From: Camelus ferus
Lineage: Eukaryota
Assembly (NCBI RefSeq): GCF_009834535.1
Contig: NC_045696.1
Span: 84,384,001-84,448,000 of the forward strand
Reading direction: 5' to 3'
DNA: 64,000 bases
Shown here: positions 28,877 to 38,330 of the stretch, one piece after another
Layout: every line of letters starts with the position of its first letter
Position numbering within the stretch: the stretch's first letter is position 1
The notes under the pieces: generated by a model
Database searches by the model: none
What the model was told of the DNA's origin: nothing
What the model saw: only the letters and a program-made list of their open reading frames with translations
Made by a program: the position numbers and the translations under genes

Positions 28877-29305
28877 CTGTAGTGGAGTCTCACCCATATG
28901 TCCTTGGCACTACTATTTCTGTGCTTTGCAGACCCAACTTCCAGTTGAAACCACTGAAGCCCACCCTATTTGCAGGGCCAACAGGACATGCCAAGTGGTA
29001 CATGTCTTCAGCCTAATCTCCCCCAACCAGGAGCATTTCATAGGTAAACACTCAGACTTCTTTGCCCAGTGATGGAGTCCTCTGAGGTGTGAACTTCACA
29101 CTCTTTTCTGGGTCCCCCAAAGAACACACACCAGTTTTTTGTAGTAGTAACTTGCTTATTAACACGTCTTTTATTTTCTTGATTTCTTCTCCCTGTCTCA
29201 GCACTGCTATCCAGTACTACTGTTTTCTGGAATTTCCTCTCTAAGAGACTACTTGAATCTTTGTTTCAGAGTCTGGTTCTGGGGGAACTTGAATAAATCC
29301 GTTGT
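28877..29305 (+). mobile_element. Old ERVL LTR (LTR16-like)
   Basis: 3' part ctacttgaatctttgtttcagagtctggttctgggggaac resembles the LTR16 terminus. Confidence 0.6.
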
Positions 29306-30038
29306 CACAAATTATGCTGTAAATGTGAAACAAAACAAGGCGAACAATAAAACAACCCACTTAAATGGTGTTTAGTTTGATTAACATTAGAATGGCAAAC
29401 AATGATGGACCTCAGGAGACCTGGGTTTGTGCTTAGGCATTGTCATTTAATAGCTGTGTGACTCTGGGCAAGTCAGTGATTTTTTTCTCTAATCTTACCC
29501 CCCCCCCATGTCTTTATTCCTTTTTAATTTTTAATTTTTTTTTCTGTGTTAAGACCACAACATGGATTTACCCACTTAAGAAATTTGTACATATCCAATA
29601 CAGTATTGTTAACTCTAGGAACAATGTTGTACAACGGATCTCTAGAGTTTATTCCTCTTGCATAACTGAAACTGTATCTTTTGAACAGCGAGTCCCCATT
29701 TCCCCTTCTCCTCAGCCCTTGGTAGTTGCCATTCTACTCTCCTTTACTGTGAGTTTTACTATTTTAGATGCCTCATGTAAGTGGAATCACGCAGTATCTG
29801 CTCTTCTGTATCCGACTTATTTCATGTAGCATAATATCCTATGGGTTCATCCATGTCATTGTATATAGCAGGTTTTCTTTCTTTTTTCAAGGCCGAATGA
29901 TATTCCATTGTACATATATACCACATTTTCTTTATCCATTCATCCTTTGATGGGCACTTAGGGTGTTTCCATGCCTTGGCTATTGTGGATAATGCTGCTA
30001 TGAACATGAGAGTGCCTATATCTCTCTCTTTGAGATAC

Positions 30039-31091
30039 TGAAGGAGGATTAATGAAAAGGCCACACTTAGGCTAAACGGATTTCTTATTCTTATGCTTGC
30101 CCTTAAAACGGTCAAGCGACCTGACCCACTTGCTACCCACAGCTCCAGGCCCACTGTTAAAACTAAAGCTATTGATCTTACTGTTTCTACTTTATCCCAG
30201 AAATCGAAAGCTATAATCATGCTTGGTCTCTGAGTCAATCTCCAGGGAGAAGGTCACAGGACTGTAACCTTGTGAAGGAAAAACCGGGCTGGTCTAACAA
30301 GATAACTCACAGGTCTAGGAATGTGAAGGAGAGGCTGGGCTGGGCTAACAAGATAACTCACAAGTCTAAGTATTGAAATACTGATCTGAGTTCTGCTAGA
30401 CTAACTTGTAAATCTACGTTAATTAGTGTTGGTTTGCTGTTTATGTTTTTTGCTAGCCAGCTGGATTTTCAAAGATACATATCTGGCTTTGGAATGTTGG
30501 TTTACTGCCTCCCCGCCTCCACTTTTGTGATGATAATGCTGCTAAAGCTGTTCCATGCCTATTGGCCGAATACCCCAAGCTTGTACTTTACCCTATAAAA
30601 CCTCATGTGCACGTCTTGAAGGTGCTCAGAGCTTCGGAGCAGAAGCCCCTCTGAGCCCGCCGGCGTAATACATCTGAGCACTCCAACCCTCCAAGTGGTG
30701 CTTGTTTCTTGACTGGCCTGTCGTTTCCATAACAACCTTACAAAATAGCCTGAATTACCAAGAAGACCACACCTTGAGTGCTTATGAGGTAAAGAAATGT
30801 ACCCACTGGTCTTTATAGAATTGGTTGCCTGGAGGCGTCATGACGCCATTCTAAGTCTCCTGATGAGAAAAAGATTCTGTTGATTGTTATCGATGCTTCA
30901 TTGTTTCAGCTATGGCTATATAACCACCCCACCAGATCCCCAAGATGAGCTCACAGTTTCAGAGGCACTAGCCTGCTGTGAGTCCCCTTTGCCCGGCAAA
31001 GCAATAAAATTGCCTCTTTTCTTCTAAGCTCCAAGGACTTGTCTCTAGGTTATCTGGCTCATCAGGGATGGGGGCCAATCTTTCGGCAACA
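30039..31091 (+). mobile_element. ERV1-type solo LTR (outer), host of a nested LTR
   Basis: TGAAGG...GGCAACA; TSD atac/atat; ctatataa box; AATAAA at 31003. Confidence 0.85.
30271..30734 (+). mobile_element. ERV1-type solo LTR (inner, younger)
   Basis: TGTGAAG...CATAACA; perfect TSD acct/acct; ~51-bp tandem repeat in U3; ctataaaa TATA at ~30594; retained CpGs. Confidence 0.9.
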
Positions 31092-31231
31092 ATATTTATT
31101 TCAGATCCTTTGGATATATATCCAGAAGTGAGCTTGCTGGATCATACAGTAATTCTTTTTTTTTAAATTTTTTGAGAAAACTTTGTACTATTTGGCATAG
31201 CTGCTGCATCATTTTCCATCCTCATTAAAAG

Positions 31232-31694
31232 TGTGAACGAAAAATACTGCAAACCATACAGTAAACAAAAGAATGCTGAAGCCATCAAGCCATCAGTGGC
31301 TGCTGCCACCCCCAAGTGAAGACAAGCCTGCAGCCCAGCCTCTGCAACCACTCACAGTGGTGCACCCTGAGGGGACTCAGAATAAGAAAGGACAGGATAC
31401 TGGCCCTAGATAGCTAGGTGCTTGTCAAAGGAATGAATTCAATGAGCCCAAATGCTTGCTTCCTCCCATGCATAGAAAAGCTCTAAATTCTTTAACTTGA
31501 GATGCCTAATTTTCTTTAGATAGCAAGTAATCTTTTATTGTTCCAACTACCTACCTGGTCTTTGTTGTAAAGCTCCTATATATCCTAACTCCTCCCCTAC
31601 CTCTTCGGAGCAGTCCCTCAGAGCCATCTTGAGTCCTCCCACCAAATAAAACGTAACTCTCAACTTTTAGGCTGCACATTTATTTCAGTTGACA
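31232..31694 (+). mobile_element. ERV1-type solo LTR, family A copy 2
   Basis: TGTGAAC...GTTGACA; TSD aaag/atag; AATAAA at 31645; aligns to 24156-24641. Confidence 0.9.
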
Positions 31695-31799
31695 ATAGTG
31701 TACAAGTGTTCTAATTTCTTCATGTCTTCACCAATATTTGCTGTCTTTTTTTCCCTTCAATTGTACATAATAAGCAGTCTTTCTGTGACACCGTGGTTT

Positions 31800-31883
31800 A
31801 TTATGTATGTGTGTATATATGTAAATATTATATATATGTATATATAATATATATATATATATACATATATGTATGTATGTATG
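31800..31883. repeat. (TA)n/(TATG)n microsatellite inside LTR
   Basis: Directly visible. Confidence 0.9.
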
Positions 31884-32588
31884 TTTGGTTTTTGTCCCTG
31901 TTTCTGGTGCAGAGCTCCTAAAAGCCTTGAAACTTCCTCTGTGAGAGCAATAAGGTGTCTTTTGCTATGTTAATGAGTTAACTAGGAAAGCACCTAAGGG
32001 CAGGAGCTGGTTGCCAGGGAACCAACCTTGAATAGAGGGTTGGAACTTTCAGTGTCATCCCCTGATTTCAGTAGATGGGGGAAGAAGGGCTGGAGGTTGA
32101 ATCAATCACCAGTGGCCAATGACTTAATCAATCATGCCCATGTATAATGAGGTCTCTATAGAAACCCAAAAGGAGGGGTCTGGAGATCTTCCAAACCAGA
32201 GTGCTTCTATGGGCCACTGTGCCAGGCCCCAAATTCCAGGGGTACAGAAGTGCCTTTGTTCGAGACCTGACCATTTGTGTCTCTATATCTGGCTGTTGAT
32301 TTGTATCCTTTGTCTAGTGACTAAACTGGTTTCCTGAGTTCTGTGAGCCTCTCTAGCAAATTAATCAAACCAAGGATGGGGTCGTTGGAACCTTTTACGT
32401 ATAGCTGCAAAAGTGACAATCTAGACTTGTAATTGGTGGCTAATGTAGCAGGGGGAGCAGTCTTGAAGAATCGAGCCCTACTCTGAGGTATCTGATGCTA
32501 TATCTGGGTACATGGTGTCAGAATTGAGTTGACTTCTAGGACACCCCGCTGATGATGGAGAGAATTGCTTGCTGGAATTGGTGACCAC

Positions 32589-33086
32589 TGTCCATGGAAA
32601 TAAATGTGCAGACTAAAAGTTAAGAGTTATGTTTTATTTGGCAGGAGGACTCGAGCCAGGATGACAGCCTCTCAGATCTCTCTGAGGGACTGCTCCGAAG
32701 AGGTAGGGGAGGAGCTAGGATATATAGGAGCTTTACAACAAAGACCAGGTAGGTAGTTGGAACAATAAAAGATTGCTTGTTATCTAAAGAAAACCAGGCA
32801 TCTCAAGTTAAAGAATTTAGTGCTTTTCTAAGTATGAGAGGAAGCAAACATTTGGGCTCACTGAATTCATTCCTTTGACAAGCACCTAGCTACCTAGGGC
32901 CAGTATCCTGTCCTTTCTTATTCTGAGTCCGCTCAGAGGGCACCACTGTGAGTGGCTGCAGAGGCTGGGCTGCAGGCCTGTCCTCACTGGGGGGTGGTGG
33001 CAGCCGCTGGTGACTTGGGTTCAGCATTCTTTGTTTACTGATATGGTTGCAGTATTTTCACTCACAATGCAGTATTTTCCTTCACA
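32589..33086 (-). mobile_element. ERV1-type solo LTR, family A copy 3 (inverted)
   Basis: Reverse complement aligns to copies 1 and 2; perfect TSD ccac/ccac; ~20-bp terminal duplication tgcagtattttc..tcaca. Confidence 0.9.
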
Positions 33087-34357
33087 CCACACACACTGGA
33101 ATTGGTGACCAGAATCTTACTTTCATTAACTAAGTAATTCACCAATATAAGCTATTAATATTAACCAAATCACTTTAGACTTATTCTATAACAAGGTAGT
33201 CATTAAAAATACTATGAAATAAAGTATGTTTAAGAAATATCAAATGGTATAAAAGTCTATAAATTAAAATGATCTCACTCCCCACTTTCCCACTCACAAT
33301 TCCTTTTCCCCAGCACCCAGAAGCAACCACTAAGGATTTCTGAATTTGTTTTTTCTAGTGATTATCACTAATTTGACAAAACCTACACCTAGATTGAGCA
33401 ACTATAATCGTATCTATTGACTCCTCATGATGAAGTATAAGAAATTTGGTATCTTTATGTTATACTCTGTACTCCTCTTTATTACATATTTTTTAATAAT
33501 TTTATTTTTCATTTTAGTTTTCCTGTGGTTGTTTACCTGAATGTTCTTAAATCTATGTTTTTTTTTTTTTTCTGAGACGATGGGAGACTAATGTCCTAGA
33601 GGATCATCTTTAAATCTATGCTTCTTGACTCATTAAATTTGGACAGTATTTATTGACTCCTGAAACAAAGAAATTAGCAAAACTACCTTTCTTTCTTCCT
33701 CTTCTGCTTCCCATTCTGGCTTTTGTTATAATATTATTTTTACATGGTCAAAGTTAAAGACGATGCATTCTGTTCTGTGACTCTAATTATCCAACCTTTT
33801 GTCAATAGGTAAATTCTAAAAGCAAAAAATCCAATATATCATTTGCAATTTATGATTATATAAATATTATAACACTTCCAGTAGAAAAATTAGACAACAT
33901 ATAAGAAAATAAATTCTTGTGCTCTTAGTTCTTTTTCTTCAAAATAATATTTTAAGCATTGTTCTAATAGAAAAAAAAATCCAAAGAAACAAAACTTTCT
34001 ACATTTTCTTCAATGTCGTATTGCCACTGATTCTTATGTTTTATGTCATATCTATTCCTGGATTCCTTGTTCTTATTCTGGAGCATCTCTTTGAACAATT
34101 TATTGTTATAGGGCATTTTAGGATTATTTGGCATGCTTGAAAATGCCCTTATGTATGCTTAAGAATTTCCCTGGTACTGAATTCTAGTGATAAAGATGAT
34201 TTTATGTATCATTTTGAATGTTATTAATGGGGCATCCAATAAAGTCAGTTAATTACCTTAAAAAATCTTTTTCTATACTTGGAATATGAAATTTTATCAG
34301 AATATTTCCTGGTATAATCTTCTTCTTGTTTCCCTCATTTATTCTGCTTGGCACTAG

Positions 34358-34962
34358 TAATACAGGAAAACTGGGACACAAGAGGATGACCACGTCCCAG
34401 GTCTTGGTTTAGTCTCTGGGGCGCACTCTGCCAAGTGAGGTTCCTTGGCATCATGCAGTAAAGAATTCAAAAGTAAGCCATGGTAGAGTGAAGGCGGATT
34501 TATTCAGAGAGACACATACTCCACAGAAAGAGTGGAGACTGTCTCAGAAGGCCGGAGAGTCCATGAGGCATGGGAATGTTTAGTTTAAAGTAAATGTAGA
34601 TACACACTCCATTTACAGAATGTGGGCTGTCTCAGAAGGCAAGAGGGAGCAACTACAAGGTATATGGTTGATAGTTTTTAATGAGCTTGGTAACTTCATA
34701 TACTAACAAGTGGGCAGATTATTCCAACTACTTCGGGGAAGGAGCTGGGATTCCCAGGAACTGGGCCACCACCCACCTTTGGTGGTTAGTCTTGAAACTG
34801 TCATGGCACTTGTGGGAGTGCCATTTAGCATGCTAATGTATTACAGCGAGTGTATAATGAAGCTTAAGGTCTCCTGGGAGTTGAATCTTCTGCCATCTTG
34901 GTACTGGTTGCTGTGTCATTCTTTTGATGGTTGTGCCCTCCTCGTTCCCTCCTGTCTCCCTA
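34358..34962 (-). mobile_element. ERV1 (MER4-group-like) solo LTR
   Basis: aaagaattcaaaagtaagcc...gatttatt (reverse polyA signal), internal repeat acacactcca..cagaa..ctgtctcagaaggc, gtcatggcacttgtgggagtg, gccatcttgg. Confidence 0.75.
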
Positions 34963-37489
34963 ACTGGGCTTAATCAGTCTGAACACTTTTTTTTTTTTTT
35001 TGGCTCTAAATATTTTTCTTAAATTATTTAACTAACATTTATTGAATATTTACTTATTTCTCATTATAGATTACATTTTTGCTGGGGCTAGAGATAAAAG
35101 ATAAGGTAAAGGGATGTCTGGGAAAACATCCCTGGACATTGATAGGGGTTTAAGGTACATTTACCAAATTTTTAAAATAGGTAGAAAAGAATTATTTTCT
35201 GAGGCAGGGAGGTGGAAGAGAAGGAGAAAGCAATTTTTTAAAATAATTTTCTTCTTTTACATGATATCCTTTTAAAATTTTTATGCTTTTGTGAATAGGA
35301 TATTATCTCTATTATCTTTAAGACCATTAAACTAAAATTCATGAAAATCTCCTTTTGCTCCCTAAATTAGCATCATTTCCTTCAGTGTCATGAATTGCGT
35401 TGTTAGTTCATCTTGGTCTTTCATTAACATGATACAGATTTTCTTCAAATGTCCAGTGATCTTTTTTTTTTTGCTTTGTTATATTACTGATTATGATGAA
35501 CTGATTTGATTGTTACGTGTGAGATTTTTCTGTGCAGTGTGATAATTTGTTTCTCTATTGGGCCTTTCCATTCAATGTGAGGGGGACTGTGGACTTGTGT
35601 GAGTAAATGGAATGTTTCAACAGGCAGATTTTCTGAACAATACAAGGAGGAAGAGCAGACTGGTAGCTGCTGTTCTTTGTCAAGTGTAAAAGTAGCTGGA
35701 ATCCTTTGGTTTTGTTTACTCCCAGACACTTCATCTGTTTCTGCATCATTTTTTTTAAACTGCTATGATTTCAGATATGAAAAGAACTTCAGTTTAATCT
35801 CCTTATTTTACATGTCAGGAAACAGTGCTAGAGAGATGAATGACTTGCATGGACTGAGAATCCATGGTGGCAAAGGTGAGCCTAAAGACAAAGAACTCCT
35901 GATTATAAATCCTAATGTTCCCAGTAATCTCAAGACATCAACTCCATTTGGGAAGTATGTGTTCTCATTCATACATAACCTTCTAGGGAAGCTTGACAAC
36001 TGTTGCTCTGATGGCATTAGGTATTATTCAAAGCTATCTAAGGAATGAAACTCTCTGTACAAGATGGGGAGATGCTAAGATGTGTTTGACCAGGGACCTA
36101 AGAAGCTAATGTCAGTCTTATTCTAGACCAATTTTTTAAATCAGTCTGAGAAGTCCCAGACAAAACATATAGATGGAGTATAAGTGACTGTTCAAAAATA
36201 AAGTATTTAGTAAGGACAATAATGTTCAGAAAGGTACTGTATGTTGGCATGCTCAAAGCCTGAAAAAAACTGGGGAGCGAGAGCTCAGAGAAGAAAAACA
36301 TCTGATGTAAACACTAAGTAGACAGAAGAGGGATTTTATACTCATTTGTTAAATGCATTTTCAACCTGACGCCGAGTCATACCCCAGGCAGCCTTATGTA
36401 ATCTTCACCTCAAAGAACTTCAAAAAGAACAATCTAATGAACTGTCCACTGCTCATCCGGGATTCTTACCCACAGGTGAGACTAATTTGCTGTTTGGCAT
36501 GCTGAAGTTAAAAAGAGCTTTGGGAATAAGAAAACTTCTGTTCGCTTTTGAAAATAAAACTAATTCAGGGGAGTTCTGCAAGTTGTAAAATGATGCTCTT
36601 GGTAGATATTGTAAAAACGTCTCTAATACCATAAGAGAATAAAATCTACTATTCTTCAAAAAAAATTATTCAGTTCTCAAGTCAATTCTTGAGCTATGGT
36701 GAACTTAAAAGTAAGGAAGTTAATTAAATTAAAATGAACTTTCAACATGTCTTTATAGTTAAATATGGTTCCAGTGTAGCTGCTGCTAATGAGATTTGTA
36801 GAGACAAAGCCAGAGGCTTTTGGTGGGCCACCTTGGGCCCAGAAACTGTCTCCCAAATTAAGAGGATAAAAAAAAGGAAACTATTTTATTTAAGTGTTCT
36901 AGACAGTATCAATATCTGAATGACTTATGCAACAGAAACACCCTAAAGAGACTGATTTATAAACTAGAGCCTCAAATTATTAGTTTGTAATGGGAGAGTC
37001 ATTTTGCAAGGTTACCAATACGTGGCGTTTGCTGAGGAAGTTTCCCTTCTGTTGAGGCAGTGTACTCAGGACCCCATAAGCCCATGAATTTAGATGGACA
37101 AAAAGCAAATGAACATTTTTTAAAAGAGATGTTTCTATTAAACTACAGTAGCTGAAAAAAAATCATTCTCTACGCTAGAGATATTTATCATTAATAATGA
37201 ATACTGATTCGTTAGAATCAATTCCCTTTTTCACATGAAGAAAGTTTCACATGTAGGAGGTTCTTAAGTGTTTACTGATTGCAGTGAAGTTAGGAAGAGA
37301 AATGAAAAACATCAAATCTTTTCTTCCCTTTTTATTTTTTTGGTTTCTAGCTTCTTTGACTGTGATTACCCAATTGTTTCAGACTGTTGTGATATGCCTG
37401 AGCAGAGTAAAACTTTACTTTCTTCAATTACATGCCAGTCACTGTTTCGTTGTTATTGTTTTGCTTCTAGACTATAGAGGCCATCTGAT

Positions 37490-37700
37490 CCCAGAAACAG
37501 CATGTTGAGCTTGCAGTCAGAGTGCTTGGATTCAAATCCCCCTTGTATTTCTTGCTAATTGCCTAGGCCTTGTTTTTTCTCAACTGCAAAGCAGAGATAA
37601 GATAAAGGGGTCTTTGGTGAAATAGGATAACATATGTAAAAACAACGGGTATTACCCAGGCACATAATGTGCATTTGGTAAAGCACTGATTGAATCTGAG
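37490..37700 (+). mobile_element. MIR SINE
   Basis: gcagtcagagtgcttggattcaaatccc...ttttctcaactgcaaagcagagataa. Confidence 0.65.
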
Positions 37701-37999
37701 TTCATGCAGATCACTTCTGCAGGATGTGGGAAACATCCGGTTTTATCTTTAGTGTATTTAAGAAAACTTTTCCCCATGATAGATTTACTATCTCAAGTGC
37801 CACACACATTCATACCATCTCAATTCCTCAGACGGTGTTACCTGCGTAGATGTCTAAGTTCAACCAAGTCTACACTGAGTAGTATTTACTTCAGTTTTAC
37901 AGGGCGATGTTTTCTAGTTCTGTCCTTAAATCATAGGTATGTCTTCTTTTGGACTTTATAGTGTGTACTAGACATGGTGTATAATGGTTGAGAGTCAAT

Positions 38000-38110
38000 T
38001 CTGCTCACGTCTCCCCAAGTCTCCATTCAGTAACTTCACGTTAATAGCCTGAAATCAGCCATGCTGGGCATATTCACACTATGGAAATTAGCAAATGCTA
38101 CACATCAAGA
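38000..38110. mobile_element. MER63-like DNA transposon fragment
   Basis: cacgttaatagcctgaaatcagccatgctgggcatattcacactatggaaattagcaaatgctaca. Confidence 0.7.
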
Positions 38111-38111
38111 C

Positions 38112-38330
38112 GCAGGCTGATGGAAGGTCTGCCATCTTGTACCTGCACCTTGGTACCTTAATCACGGCAGAGAAAGAGCAGCTGGGAGGGGTGTATCACT
38201 CTTCCATGCATTGGCTTCCACTCACGGCCATTGTCCAGAATTAAGTAAATGGCTAAGCTTTAGTGTGAGAGAGCAAAGGAATAACGAGGAACACATGGTA
38301 TGTTTCATGAGCACCATAGTTTATGCCATG
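38112..38330 (-). mobile_element. Old MLT1 LTR fragment
   Basis: cttccactcacggccattgtccagaatta...tttcatgagcaccatagtttatgcca. Confidence 0.55.

Larger units (their letters stand above)
29520..31765 (-). mobile_element. L1MA-type 3' end, interrupted by three LTRs
   Basis: ORF 29822-30238(-) includes MFIAALSTIAKAWKHPKCPSKDEWIKKMWYICTMEYHSALKK (L1 ORF2p C-terminus); L1 text resumes after each LTR. Confidence 0.9.
31784..33120 (+). mobile_element. MER21-like LTR, interrupted by family A copy 3
   Basis: gagctcctaaaagccttg, gggttggaactttcag, ggccaatgacttaatcaatcatgcc, ggtgtcagaattgagttg; flanking tttc/tttc TSD. Confidence 0.8.

Noticed and set aside
29822..30238. 138-aa ORF
   Set aside because: Chance fusion of antisense LTR sequence with the L1 ORF2p C-terminal remnant.
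24156..31694. Full provirus bounded by two same-orientation family A LTRs
   Set aside because: Each LTR has its own TSD; I see no PBS or gag/pol/env between them; the interval is L1, unique DNA and other LTRs.
35599..36048. 149-aa ORF
   Set aside because: Non-ATG start, no recognisable homology, no convincing splice context.
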